NCBI RefSeq assembly: GCF_009914755.1
Contig: NC_060932.1
Length of the DNA: 64,000 nt
Direction: 5' to 3' (one strand)
DNA from: the human T2T-CHM13v2.0 reference genome, Homo sapiens
Each line of letters opens with the position of its first letter. Positions within the stretch are counted from its first letter, which is position 1. Under the pieces are notes generated by a model that did not search any database, had not been told where the DNA came from, and saw nothing but the letters and a program-made list of their open reading frames with translations. A program made the translations under genes and the position numbers. Below, piece by piece: positions 1 to 17,823 of the stretch.

Positions 1-970
1 CAGAGTGCCTCTCCTCCTCCAAAGGAACGCAGCTCCTCACCAGCAAAGCTCAAAGCTGGACGGAGAATGACTTTGATGAGTTGAGAGAAGAATGCTTCAG
101 ATGATCATACTACTCTGAGGTAAAGGAGGAAGTTCGAGCCCATGGCGAAGAAGTTAAAAACCTTGAAAAAAGATTAGACAAATGGCTAACTAGAATAACC
201 AATGCAGAGAAGTCCTTAAAGGACCTGATGGAGCTGAAAACCACGGCATGAGAACTACATGATGAATGCACAAGCCTCAGTAGCTGATTCGATCAACTGG
301 AAGAAAGGGTATCAGTGATGGAAGATCAAATGAATGAAATGAAGTGAGAAGAGAAATTTAGAGAAAAAAGAATAAAAAGAAACAAAGCCTCCAAGAAATA
401 TGGGACTATGTGAAAAGATGAAATCCATGTCTGATTGGTGTATCTTAAAGTGACAGGGAGAATGGAACCAAGTTGGAAAACACTCTGCAGGATATTATCC
501 AGGAGAACTTCCCCAATCTAGCAAGGCAGGCCAACATTCAGATTCAGGAAATACAGAGAACACCACAAAGATACTCCTCGAGAAGAGCAACTCCAAGACA
601 CATAATTGTCAAATTCACCAAAGTTGAAATGAAGGAAAAAATGTTAAGGGCAGCCAGAGAGAAAGGTGGGGTTACCCACAAAGGGAAGCCCATCAGACTA
701 ACAGCTGATCTCTCGGCAGAAACTCTACAAGCCAGAAGAGAGTGGGGGCCAATCTTCAACATTGTTAAAGAAAATAATTTTCAACCCTGCATTTCATATC
801 CAGCCAAACTAAGCTTCATAAGTGAAGGAGAAATAAAATACTTTACAGACAAGCAAATGCTGAGAGATTTTGTCACCACCAGGCCTGCCCTAAAAGAGCT
901 CCTGAAGGAAGCACTAAACATGGAAAGGAACAACCGGTAACAGCCACTGCAAAAACATGCCAAAATGTAA
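1..970 (+). pseudogene. Disrupted L1 ORF1p (RNA-binding chaperone)
   Basis: ORF 473-940 reads ENTLQDIIQENFPNLARQ...ISYPAKLSF. In-frame stops and frameshifts lie upstream, a premature TAA is at 938-940, and the canonical stop is at 968-970. Confidence 0.95.
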
Positions 971-1033
971 AGACCATCGAGGCTAGGAAGAAACTGCATC
1001 AACTAACTAGCAAAATAACCAGCTAACATCATA

Positions 1034-4860
<3,827 letters not shown>

Positions 4861-5124
4861 AATGAGAACACGTGGACACAGGAAGGGGAACATCACACTC
4901 TGGTGACTGTTGTGGGGTGGGGGAAAGGGGGAGGGATAGCATTAGGAGATATACCTAATGCTAAATGATGAGTTAGTGGGTGCAGCACACCAACATTGCA
5001 CATGTATACATATGTAACAAACCTGCACATTGTGCACATGTACCCTAAAACTTAAAAGTATAATAATATTAAAATAAAAAAATAAAAATAAATTATACCT
5101 GAGAAGCAGGACAGAAAAAAAAAA

Positions 5125-5757
5125 CTACATCATCTCAATAGACGTCGAAGAAACATTTGACAAATTACAGTCTCTTTCTGATAAAAACCCTCAACAAACT
5201 AGAAAGAACATATCTAAAAATAATAAAGGCCATATATGACAAAACCATTGCCAATATCATACTGAAGAAACAAATGTGGAAAAGTTTCCTCTAAGAACTG
5301 GACAGGAGAAGGATGCCTATTTTCACCACTGTTGTTCAACATTGCTAGTACTGGAAGTCCTGGCCAGAGCAATCTGGCAAAAGAAAGAAATAAGTGGTAT
5401 CCAAAGTGGGAAAGAATAAGTAAAATTATTCCTCTTCACTGATGGTACAATCTTATGTCTAGAAAACCCTAGAGAGTCCACAAAAACATTAACTTTGATA
5501 AATGAATTCAGTAAAGTTTCTGTATATAAAAGCAGTGTTCCAAAGTCAGTAGCATTTCCATACATCAATAACAATCCAGTAGAGAATCAAATCAAGAAGG
5601 CCATACTATTTACAATAGCTACAAAAGATAAAATGCCTAATAGTTTATTTGTGTAGATAAAAGATCTCTATAAGGACAAGTATAAAGCACTGATGAACGA
5701 AATTGTAGATGACACAAACAAATGGAAAAACATTCCATACTTATGGATCAGAAGAAT
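5125..5757 (+). mobile_element. Old L1 (L1PB/L1M-type) ORF2 RT fragment
   Basis: Degenerate RT-region sequence (catctcaatagac..., gtactggaagtcctggccagagcaat, DTNKWKNIP). Confidence 0.85.
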
Positions 5758-6674
<917 letters not shown>

Positions 6675-6770
6675 ACCCGGGAGGCAGAGGTTGCAATGAG
6701 CCGAGCTTGTGCCATTGCACTCCAGCCTGGGCGACAAGAGCAAAACTGTATCTAAAAAAACAAGCAAAAA
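6675..6770 (+). mobile_element. Alu (S-type) 3' fragment
   Basis: acccgggaggcagaggttgcaatgagccgag...cactccagcctgggcgacaagagcaaaac followed by an A-rich tail; the 5' ~200 bp are absent. Confidence 0.92.
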
Positions 6771-7165
6771 TAAAACAGACACACAGATAAATGGAGAAGA
6801 ATAGAGAACGCAGAAATAAAGCCACATATTTGCACCCAACTAATCTTTGACGAAATCAGCAAGCACATACACGATTGAAAGGACAACCTTTTCAATAAAT
6901 GGTGCTGGGAAAACTGGACAGTAGCTGGGAAGTTAAATTAGTATAACCTTTATGGAAAACAGTATGGAGATTTCTGAAGGAGCTAAAAATTGAAATATCA
7001 TTTGATCCAGCAATCCCATGACTATCTGCCCAAAGGAAATGAAATTATTATATGAAAAATATATCTGGTTCTGTATGTTTATAGCAGCACTATTCTCAAT
7101 AACAAAGATACAGAATCAACCTAAGTGTTCATCAATGCAAGATTGACTAAAGGAAATGTGGTATT
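6771..7165 (+). mobile_element. Old L1 ORF2 3' fragments with an internal deletion at ~6920
   Basis: ttcaataaatggtgctgggaaaactgg joins directly to the aattagtataacc...tttgatccagcaatccca region. Confidence 0.82.
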
Positions 7166-8809
7166 ACTGTGAGATACTATATAAAACAAACATCACCAAG
7201 GCATGTAGTCACCAGACAACCAAAAGTCAATGCTAAAGAAAAAATCTTAAAAGCAGCTAGAGAAAAAGGTCAAATCATATACAAAGTGAACCCTATTAGG
7301 CTAACAGTGGACTTCTCAACAGAATCCTTGCAAGCCCGAAGAGATTGGGCTAGATGCAAAGATTCTCATCAAAATATTAGCAAACCAAACCCGGCAGCAC
7401 ATCAAAAAGTTAGTTCACCATGATTGAATAGGCTTCATTCCTGGGATGCAAGGTTGGTTCAACATGTGCAAATCAATAATTGTGATTCACCACATAAACA
7501 GAATTAAAAACAACAACCATATGATCATCTCAATACATGCAGAAAAAGCTTTTAATAAAATCCACATTCTTTAATGATAAAAACCCTCAACCAACTGGGC
7601 ATTGAAGGAACATATCTCACAATAACAAGAAGCATCTATGACAACCCACAGCCAACATCAAGAGAAAGAGAAAACAGAATGATATGATTTTATATCTAGA
7701 AAACCCTAAAGACTCCACAAAAAGTCTTATCTTTGATAAATGAATTTGATAACATCGTACTGGAAGTTCTAGCCAGAACAACCAGGCAAGCAAAAGAAAT
7801 AAAAGGCATACACATAGGAAAAGAAGTCAAATTATCTCTTTGCTGACAGTGTGATTCTATATGTAGAAAACATAAAGATTACACCAAAAGCCTCCTAGAA
7901 CTGATAAATGACTTCAGTAAAGTTCCAAGATGCAAAATCAGTGCATAAAAATTAGTAACATTTCTGTGCACCAATAATGTTCAAGTTGAGAGCCAAATCA
8001 AGAATGTAATTCTATTTATAATAGTCACACAAAGAAATAAAATACCTAGGAATACATCTAACCAGGAAGTTCAAAGATCTCTACAAGGAGAACTACAAAA
8101 CACTGCTGAAAGAAATCACAGATAATACAAACAAATGGAAAACCATTTCATGCTCGTGGATCAGAAGAATCAATATCATTGAAATGACCCTGCTACCCAA
8201 AGCAATCTATAGATTCAACACTGTTCCTATCAAACTACCAATGTCATTTTTCACATAATTAGAAAAAAAATTCTAAAATTCATATGGGCCCCCAAAAAGC
8301 CCCAGTAGCCAAAACAATCCTAAGCAAAAAGAACAAAGCTGGAGGTATCACATTACCAGATTTCAAACGATACTACAAGGTTACAGTATGCTACTGGTTA
8401 AAAAACAGGTATATAGACCAATATAACAGAAAAGAGAACCCAGAAATAAAGCTGTACACCTACAACCACCTGATCTTTGACAAAGTTGACAAAAATAAGC
8501 AATAGGGAAAACACTCCATATTCAATAAACGGTGCTGTGATAACTGGCTAGCCATATGCAGAAGAATGACACTGGATCTCTATCTTTCACCATATACAAA
8601 AATTAACTCAAGATGGGTTAAAGGTTTAGATGTAAAACCTCAAACTCTAAACATTCTAGAAGAAAACCTATGAAATACCATTCTGGATATCAGCCTTGAC
8701 TAAGGATTTATGACAGTCCTTAAAAGCAACTGCAGCAAGAACAAATTTGACAATGGTACATAGTTAAACTGAAGGGCTTCTGCACAGCAAAGGAAACTAT
8801 CAAGAGAGT
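7166..8809 (+). mobile_element. Old L1 (about L1PA15-17/L1PB): ORF1 fragment fused to ORF2 RT-to-C-terminal fragment
   Basis: 7169-7349 translates to TSPRHVVTR...KEKILKAAREKGQ...IRLTVDFS (ORF1). From 7350 the sequence is ORF2 (gatgcaaagattctc..., [14 protein letters not shown]). Confidence 0.88.
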
Positions 8810-8810
8810 G

Positions 8811-8853
8811 TTTTTTGTTGTTGTTGTTTTTTTGTTTATTTATTTTTTTTTTG
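8811..8853 (+). repeat. T-rich/(TTG)n low-complexity tract
   Basis: ttttttgttgttgttgtttttttgtttatttatttttttttt. Confidence 0.85.
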
Positions 8854-8869
8854 GTGAGTTTCCACATGA

Positions 8870-9210
8870 TTATCTCTTTTATCATTCTTCAAGTTTCAGG
8901 TTAAATTCTTATAAAGTTCTTCCCTGGTCATCTCATCTAATTATGATTCACCACCCAGGCATTCTTGTTTCCCATTATAGTGCTTTATTTTTTTATTTAT
9001 CTCCTGCAGCACTTATCTTAGCTTATAATTACATTTTATGTTTACTTATTTACCTGTTTATGGACTATCTTTTGCTTAGATTCTAAACTTCATGATTGTA
9101 GATATTACGACTTTTATTTATTATAATATAACTAACACTTAAACTATGACTGTTTACCACCAAATAACTAGTGCCTGACATTATTTGTTAAATGAATGAG
9201 TAAATGAATA
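8870..9210 (+). mobile_element. L2 3' end
   Basis: cagcacttatc...tagattctaaacttcatga...ctagtgcctgaca...tatttgttaaatgaatgagtaaatgaat tail. Confidence 0.65.
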
Positions 9211-10169
9211 TATCTGAGTGTCCTTAGGGATTCTTGATAAATCTATGAAATCTGGGGGCAAGTCGCCACATGTATGCTTAGTATAGTATTATACATCATT
9301 TTTACTGGGTTGTGCTGAATACATTTGATGGTTTGGGAATTTTGTTTGTGCTAAATTGGTATAGAGAAATGTAACTAGGGGTTGAGTAGTCTTAGAGACT
9401 GTGCCATTTTTACATACCTCTGCTAAGTCATTACTAGGGAATTGGGTTACACACTGGCCTATTTACAGTGTAGTTGCAGTTTGGCAAGACCAAGTCCGTG
9501 GCCAGTCATCTGGGTCTCAGGTCTTTCTTTAGCTCTGGAACGGTGAGACAAAAGCACTCCTGTCTTTCTAAAGCTGATGAAGAACAGACTTCTTCCCTGG
9601 AAAAGGGCCGAATAGTAATGTGCCTCTAAGGACTGCACTGAGTAATCCTTTAGAGCAAGGTGCAGTCAAAGCTGGTTAAAATCACACCATTTCATAACTG
9701 TTTACAGGCAAAGACATACACCAGGAAGCTGCAAAGAAAGAGAGCTGGTTGCACAAGGAACAGCAGCTTGGATCTGTTCTTTCACGCCCTTGAGCTGTTT
9801 GTTTAGCACTGCATGGAAACAGATTTCCTGGTTTGTCTGTTAAACCTTCAGCTGCCCCTTTGTGTCTAACTTATTGATAAGATGCCTGCATATGTCTTAC
9901 AGTTTTCCACCTTGAGCTTTAAAGTTTAAATGACACTCCTGTTTCTCTACTACTTCCTTGAAAGAAAAGATTTAGTGATATTTTAGGAAAATTGCGTAAA
10001 AGAGAATCATACCTCTTAGAAGTTTCCAGCATGTTACTAACATATAAAAATTTCCATTCTCTCCTTGAGGGATGAGACTGTGTTTCCACCAATGTGTCCA
10101 CTAGTGTTTCAGTATTCAGTCTTTTCTGAGTGGTGATGAAAAGACTGTTGTTCTTGGAATTTAAAGCAG

Positions 10170-10365
10170 GGTTAAAATTATGACTCCATCACTTAACAAT
10201 TTGAGGACTTCAGACAAGTCACTTAATATCTCTGAGCCTCAATTTCCTTACATAAAATAGAAATAACAGCTGTTTTAACCTATAGGGTTATTTTGAGAAT
10301 CAAATAGAAGAATGGATATGAAGGTACTTTGTATCCTGGAAAGCTCTTTGCAAATGTAAAGTAAT
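10170..10365 (+). mobile_element. MIR SINE
   Basis: Core acaagtcacttaatatctctgagcctcaatttcctt...tagggttattttgagaatcaaat. Confidence 0.8.
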
Positions 10366-10653
10366 ACTGTCCTTGCCAAGGGTTTTCTCTCCCTTTCTGT
10401 AAAGAAAAAGTTGACATTTTCAAACCATTAGTTAATCGTTCCTGTAGGGCCACACCTGTTTGCAGACAGAACAGGTGTGAGGCTCTATGTTGAGATTTGG
10501 ACCAAAGATGAGAAGAAACCCTAGAGTCTTTTAAGTGAATTTTAAGCATGACAGCCTTCAAAAAGAGGAAAGCTGGCTCATATAAAACATTTTTCCTTGT
10601 CATATCTCTTCTAACAAGGCCCCTTTGGAAGTACAAACTTATGATGGAAAGCA

Positions 10654-10933
10654 CTGATAGAGTTCAGAACATGCTACTCCAAAATGCCATATTGGCATTT
10701 GAGAAAACAACAAAAGCAGGAAGGTCATTCTCTGACCTTCTCCTGTCCTTCACTCCTGAAGCAGGTCATAAGACCCTCATTCTAGAGGTATCCTTCCTAT
10801 ACCTAGAGAAAAAGAACATCCTTACCTCTAAGGATAGTAAGAGACACAGAGAAGAATCTGAACCTATAGGCCTTGCTAAGTTCCTGTCAGTTTATTAATA
10901 TTAGATTATACCCTTTTGTCTGATCATACTTCT
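10654..10933 (+). mobile_element. ERV1-class LTR 5' part (MER34-like), truncated
   Basis: Starts tgatagagttcagaacatgctactccaaaatgcc and contains cctgaagcaggtcataaga and agagaagaatctgaac...aggccttgctaagttcc, which resemble remembered MER34-group LTRs. Confidence 0.6.
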
Positions 10934-11177
10934 TGTGTTAGTCTGTTTTGCATTGCTATAAAGGAATACCTGAAGATAGGTAATTTATAAAGAAAAGGGG
11001 TTTATTTGGATCATGGTCCTGCAAACTGTACGAGAAACCTGGAGCTAGCATCTGCTTCTGGTAAGGGTCTGGGGATGCTTACAGTCATGTTGGAAGGCAA
11101 AGAGATAGCAGGCATGTTATACAATGATAGAGGGAGCAAGAGAGGAAGAGGTGCCAGGCTCTTTTTAACAACCAGCT
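10934..11177 (-). mobile_element. MaLR LTR (MSTB-like), partial
   Basis: tgtgttagtctgttttgcattgctataaaggaatacctga...ctagcatctgcttctgg is the reverse complement of an MST LTR 3' end. Confidence 0.85.
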
Positions 11178-12713
11178 TGTATTAGTTCATTTTCTTACTG
11201 CTATAAAGACTGCTTGAGGCTGGGTAATTTATGTTTGGAAAGGAAAGAGGTTTAATTGACTCACAGTTCAACATGGCTGGGGAGGCCTTAGGAAACTTAA
11301 AATCATGGCGGAAGGCAAAGGGAAGCAAGGCAACTTCTTCACAAGGTGGCAGGAAGGAGAAGTGCCAAGAGTTAAGGGGGAAGAGCCCCATATAAAACCA
11401 TCAGATATCGTGAGAACTCGCTCATTATCACATGAAGAGCATGGGGGAAACCAATTATGTCCACCTGATCTCTTTCTTGACATGTGGGGATTATGGGGAT
11501 TATAATTCCTGATAATATTTGGGTGGGGACACAAAGCCTAACCACATCATTTTGCCTCTCTTCCCTCCCAAATCTCATGTCCCTTTCACATTTTAAAACC
11601 AATCGTGCATTCCCAACAGTCCCCCAAAGTCTTAATTAATTCCAGCATTGCCCCAAAAAGTCCAAGTGCAAAGCCTCATTTGAGACAAAGCAAGTCCCTT
11701 CTGTCTATGAGCCTGTAAAATCAAAAGCAAGTTTGTTACTTCTAAGATACAATGAGGATACAGGCATTGGGTAAATATACCCATTACAAATGGGAGAAAT
11801 TGACCAAAACGAAGGGGCTACAGGCTCCATGCAAGTCTGAAATCCAATAGGGCAGTCCAATCTTAAAGCTCCAAAATGATCTCCTTTGACTCCATATCTC
11901 ACATCCAGGTCACACTGATGCAAGAGGTGGGCTACCATGGTCTTGAGCAGCTCCACCCCTGTGGCTTTGCAGGGTACAGCCCCTGTCCTGGCTGCTTTCA
12001 CAGGCTGGCATTGTCTGCAGCTTTTGTAGGTGCACAGTGCAAGCTGTTGGTGGATCTACAATTCTGGTGTCTGGAGGATGGTGACTCTCTTCTTACAGCT
12101 CCACTAGGCAGCTCCCCAGTGGGGACTCTGTGTGAGGGCTCTGACCCCACATTTCTCTTCTGCACTACCCTAGCAGAGGTTCTCCATGAGGGCCCCACCC
12201 CTACAGCAAACTTCTGCCTAGACATCCAGGCATTTCCATCCATCCTCTGAAATCTAGGTGGAGGTTCCCAAACCTCAACTCTTGACTTTTGCGTGCCTTC
12301 ACGATCAACATCACATGTAAACTGACAAGGCTTGGGGCTTGCACCCTCTGAAGCAATGGCCTGAGCAGTAAATTGGCCCTTTTTAAGCCACGGCTGGGAT
12401 GCAGGGCACCACATCTCATCTCGAGACTGCCCAAAACAGCAAAGCCCTGGGCCCGGCCCATGAAACCATTTTTTCCTCCTAGGCCTCTGGGCCTGTGATG
12501 GGAGGGGCTGCCGTGAAGGTCTCTGATGTGCTCTGGAGACATTTTCCCCATTGTCTTGGTGATTAACATTTGATTCCTCATTACTTATGCAAATTTCTGC
12601 AGCAGGCTTGAATGTCTCCTCAGAAAATGGGTTTTTCTTTTCTATTGCATCTTGAGGCTGCAAATTTTCCAAACTTTTATGTGCTGCTTCTCTTTTAAAC
12701 ATAAGTTTCAATT
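11178..12713 (-). mobile_element. THE1D-like MaLR: 3' LTR (11178-11549) plus truncated internal region
   Basis: LTR bounded by tgtattag...aaccacatca. The internal sequence is colinear with the THE1 internal region at 58023-59490, and there is no second LTR. Confidence 0.9.
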
Positions 12714-14206
12714 CCTTTATATCTATATTTGCAGGAATATTGTATTTATTAAAAGAGGCTATAGATGCATTAAGTTAATAGAGCTAACCCATTACTCAAT
12801 TGTAAAGGAAAATAGAAGCACCTTCTTCATACATATCAACCTGATTAAAAGCCAGTTTAATTTGTTGTATCACATAACATTTATTTTTTTATCCGGGCAA
12901 TAATTTGATTAAAAGCAATCCTATGTTTCTGGTCTTAAAATTCATCAGGATAGCTTTAGGGGTTTAATTAGAGATTTTATTAATTTATCATAATTGTCAT
13001 GGAAGAAGACCTTGTCGAAATAATTTCAGATAGTTTGGGAAAAACAGGAATATATGTGGTTGTGAGTAATACATGTGGTCAAGCAGAAGATGGACTTTTT
13101 TCTTTGTATCTGAATCTGCTAATTTCCTAAAAGTATTACTCTACTTATATTTACCTCAAAACATAGAAATATAGATTATGAATTATATGTTTATAATAAT
13201 ATAATTATAAATAATAATTTATATTACAAAAGAAAAAGCAATAGGTTCAGATTTGCAGTGGGGATATCAGTTAGATAATCACTTTAACTGAGTGACTGCC
13301 CAGGATATTTAGTGAAAGTTCATTCTGTGTGACAAGTTTAGCTTTAGCAGCAAGCATGACTTGTTTCCTTCCATCTCTGCCCCCAACCCCAGTTTTTTAA
13401 GACTTTACCTACTTGGAAATGCAAACAGAGCAGACTCTCCCCCTACTGAGACGGCCAAGTTCCTAAAAAACTCTAAGAAAATTCATAGGTAAAGAATACA
13501 AGACATTATCAGATAAACAGAGACTGAAGTTTTAGAAACACATAAGGGTTCTTATAAATAATCTTAAAGTCAAGAATATAAAACACCAAATACAGTGCAT
13601 AACACTTCATCCATTTGATATTAATAATAATACATACTTTATAAATAATTTCCACCTATCCATCAGTACTTTTTGCTTATAAAATTTTCAAGGATCTCTG
13701 TCTGCTAGAGTTTCAAAGAGATATAAAAAGTGTTCAGTTTGCCTTCTGAGAGATAATACATACATGAAGAGATGATATCTTTTGTGTCTGAATGCCTTAA
13801 TGGTCCGGAGTTGTTGACTTTGTCTCCAGATTCCACTGTGGTCCCACAAATATACTGTAACTTAGATATCTGACATTGATCTAGTTTTGAGAATTCTTTA
13901 TTTTACATATTTGGCATAACTAAGTAGTTAATTCCTAAATTATATCCTCAACCCAAGATTTTATAGCTATGGCTCTGATCACTGCAATTTGCATAAAATC
14001 ACACCACCACAGCTCTTAAGTATAACTCAACTTCCTACCCACTCACAGAAGTAGAAGTGTAATTCCAATGCTCAAGGTTACTTTTCCTCAGCCTTTCTAT
14101 CTCTGAAGAAGGTCCAATGCAAACATTTATATTGCTGCTCTGAGATACACTCTATCTTTTCTATTACCAACTACTACTTTCTTCTTTTTCTGCTTATCTC
14201 TGATAG

Positions 14207-14283
14207 GAATGACATACAATTTATCTTCAAGAATTGAAATTCCCATGGTTGCTAAAAAAGTGTGCAGGAGATTCGAACTTTTG
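14207..14283 (+). other. Candidate 77-nt spliced exon, gene unknown
   Basis: Long pyrimidine tract 14171-14201 ending TGATAG; donor TTG|GTAAGA; one open frame (MTYNLSSRIEIPMVAKKVCRRFELL). No homology recognised. Confidence 0.3.
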
Positions 14284-17200
14284 GTAAGAGAAAATTGCTA
14301 TTGTAAAAAGATTCTTGTACTCAGGTAAAGGTAATGGATTTGATTTTTTTGAATGTTTTCATATCTCAACGAGGTGAGTTTATGAGATTGTCTCTTGAGA
14401 GAACTTTTAGATGGCCAAGGTGTCAGGGTGGGGGAATCAAGAGGAACCAGAAGGCTTATGTCCTTGATCAAGTGGACAGGGGTCTATATAGAAAAGTTGA
14501 GGAGAGTTCTGAAGGAAAGGCGCTAGCAACACTGAGGATAAACTGTCCATTTCACTGTTTTACCTAAAGTAGAAATAAAGTCACTATTCTCAAAGAACTT
14601 GAAATCTAGTTTTTGTAGTAAGAATTTCTTGTGTTGGGGTTGTGAATCACTGGACTATATTACCAAAGCAATTTGTAGTCTTTTGAGAATTTTTCAGTGG
14701 AAAAGTTTGGTTACAGTACTTTCTGGAGTGGACTGGCTTAACTGTAATACTGTGCTATATACTATGATTCTGAGATTGTGACTGAGGAAATACATTAGGC
14801 AAAAGCAGACTATTTTCAGCCATTGTGTATTTTAGAAAAATACTATCTAATCATTTGGTTAACTTTATCCTCTATTTTACCTGTTTTAAATGTTAGCCTG
14901 GTGCATGGTAAGTAAACAATACTTATAAGTTATTTTTAGCAGAATTATGAACACAATTATTGTTTTTAATCAAGAATATTTCTGTAGTATAAGTTAAGGC
15001 CTATGTTTGCTATTTCCCTTCTTTTTGTTAGGTCTGTTCTTTATTCATGATTGACCCTTCTTATTTAGGTATCTTTATTTCCTGGCCTAAAAATCCTATT
15101 CCTAAATTTTCTCATACCACCTTGAGCAAAATGCCTTTTACTACTTCAGGAGGTCAGTAGACCCAAGGAACAGGTCAATGTAAAAGACTCAACAGGAACA
15201 ATGTAGAGTGGATAATCTTGCATTAAGAAGATCATATCTTCTTGCCAACTTTTGCCTACTGAGGAATTTAAAGAAGTTAAACACTAAGTCTAACAGAAGT
15301 TACATTTTTTCTCTTTCTGTCTCTCAAAAATTCTATGGAGGAGCCATGGCAGACATTTTTACCCTAGGAACATTGGGAAGGGCAAAAAATAGTGTCTAGT
15401 GAATATCTATGATTACATGAAGCAAGCTATTTTATAGCTTTTTTTTGAATTGTGGTGTATGGTCTTAGATTTTGGTGGAAGCAATCTAAATGAAAGCACT
15501 TCCTGAGAGATGGATCCCAGATACAAGAACTCATTAGGGCAACAAGTACTAAGTAGTAGTATTAATAAAGAAGTTAATAATAATAATATCAAAGATAGCC
15601 TTCAAGATCTTGATGTTTTCTCAATCCTGAAAGTCAGGTTAAAATGTTCAGTGTAGTTTCAATGGCAAGACTATTTTACTTTAAGCCAAATCAAGTTTCA
15701 CATTCATTATGATTCTCTGGTTCTTTGTGTGGACTCTCTGAAACATGGAGTTCTGATCTTTGACTGAAGTTTTTCTAGAAGTTCACTTTCCTCTGAGTTA
15801 TTTGGTGAATGATAAATAGTAATTTGTAGCCCATTCCCTGCCTCTATCCCCCTGCACTTCACCTACTGATCATATACTTAGACTTGATTCTTTCCACTGG
15901 AGTTTTCAGTTGGACTTCATAGGTTTTTCTTGTCCTTACTTCATTGAGTGACCTGCTCAGGTATCTTGGAAATTTTGTTGGCATGAATTCTTCTCTGAGT
16001 CCCATTGCTTATTTCCTCCTCTTATGTCTTCCTTCATAGTTTTCTTAGATATTATACAATATTTTGAACACATACAGTTCTCTGACAGAATTACTCACTA
16101 CTCAATACTCAGTGAATTCACTTATTACTCATACAATTCTCTTGAAGAATCCTGACAAGTTACTGTATCTTGGAAAAATTATCTTTGTGTTCTAGTTAAA
16201 ACGACATTTCCTTGAATGATTGCCTTACTTCTCTCTTCAGCTCCTGGAAGCACCAAGTTCTTGTAGTTATTTCATGGGACCACCCTGAAGAGCTTCTTTT
16301 AACTTGAGGCCAGTCACTTCTATGCCTCCCAAATTGCAGTCATGTCTGTGAATGTCATTGCTGTCATCTAGAATTTTAATAGATAAGCCATGGGGAAATC
16401 TATTAGACACCTGGATACTTAAAAATCCTTTGAAAATTGATCATTCATTTGTGGGATCTATGGACACGGACTATTAACTTCCTAACTTCCTTCCTTTTTC
16501 CTCTACCCCTGCAACACAATGCCAAAAAATGGAATTTTCTGCAAAGAGATTTAAAAAATAAACTATACTTCCTTCAGAATGGTCCAATTTCCTCTTTGCA
16601 TCATGTAATACATATATTTATAATTTATTTTGTAATCAATTTTAAATAAGGGTATATGGAATAAACTAATTCAAAGAAAAATTAGACTTAGAGACCTCAG
16701 AATAGTAGATAAATCCATGTTGATAAAAGTGAGGTTTTTACTCACTTTATTTTGGGTCTTTGTTTTCCAAGGGAAGACCTTATTGGCTATGTGTTGGGCC
16801 AAAGCATTTGTATTGCAAATTCTCAGATACTGAATTTTAGCCTGGGCTTCAAAAGTTTTGACTGGTTCTCAGTATAGCCTCCCAAGTGTGGACCGCAAAA
16901 ATCAGGAGATGAAATTTGAACTAATCAGTTTGTGGCATATCAGAAGCTTTGTTAGAGGCCTATTTACCTGTTTTCTATTATTAGCAAAAACAAACATTGA
17001 CTTCTTTTGGTTTGTTCTACCAATTTGTTGTTTATTCTTAAGCATCCTTCATCAAATAACATAATTAGATAACTTAATTTTTGACTTTTTGATGGAAGAC
17101 ATCAGTTTAATCTAATTAAAGCCAGACAAAATGGTTTAAATGTTTCTTTTATTTAAATCATAAGAATTTCAGAGGCATGGAAATTTGCCATTTTCTACCC

Positions 17201-17823
17201 AGGTAAAGTTATTTATATTGATTTATGTTACTTCCTTTAAGAATTGTAATAGCTTGGGCTGGGTGACTTTTCAGACTTTCCATTTCCCATATACAGGAGA
17301 TCTTTTTGTGTTACAGTTAATTTGAGAAACTCTTCACTGTAAGTGTAATATCCCTGTACCATTCTCAAATGTTGTCTGTGTAGAAATGGAGCTTAGCTGT
17401 TTAATACGTTGATATAGGTAACGATGAACTCATTTTAAAATAAAAATGCTCTGCTCTCAACATATTATTACAAATTAATAAGCTGATTTGTAATATACAT
17501 TCATATTCTATTTTAAGTGTAGTTTAAAAAGAAAAATAACTCCTTGAGGTTATGTTTGAAGACCATTTTTTAAAAAAGGTTAACAAGTGAAAAAATGCAG
17601 GCTACAGGCTCATAACATGTAGCTTCTTTAATGATCCTTCAACTTTTAAAATTTGTTGTACATAAAGGCGGTGCTAATCTGATTAGTAACTGTGATTGAG
17701 TAAATCTACTGTAAAAATGGACTGTGTTCTGGTTTTTAACATGATACCATGAAGTCACTTGAGAACTGCCTCTGTGGAACATAAAACTCTCTTTGATGGA
17801 ATATTTATTCCATGATTAAAAGC

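Noticed and set aside
4914-4935. G-rich quadruplex-like tract
   Set aside because: Standard feature of the L1PA 3' UTR.
11998-12711. 237-aa minus-strand ORF and similar ORFs at 58795-59379
   Set aside because: These are residual MaLR internal reading frames found in many THE1/MST copies, and they are broken at different places in the two copies here.
17190-17210. AG|GT recursive-splice-like motif (ttttctacccag|gtaaag; also near 14320)
   Set aside because: Short pyrimidine tract and non-consensus donor; expected by chance, and no host transcript is established.
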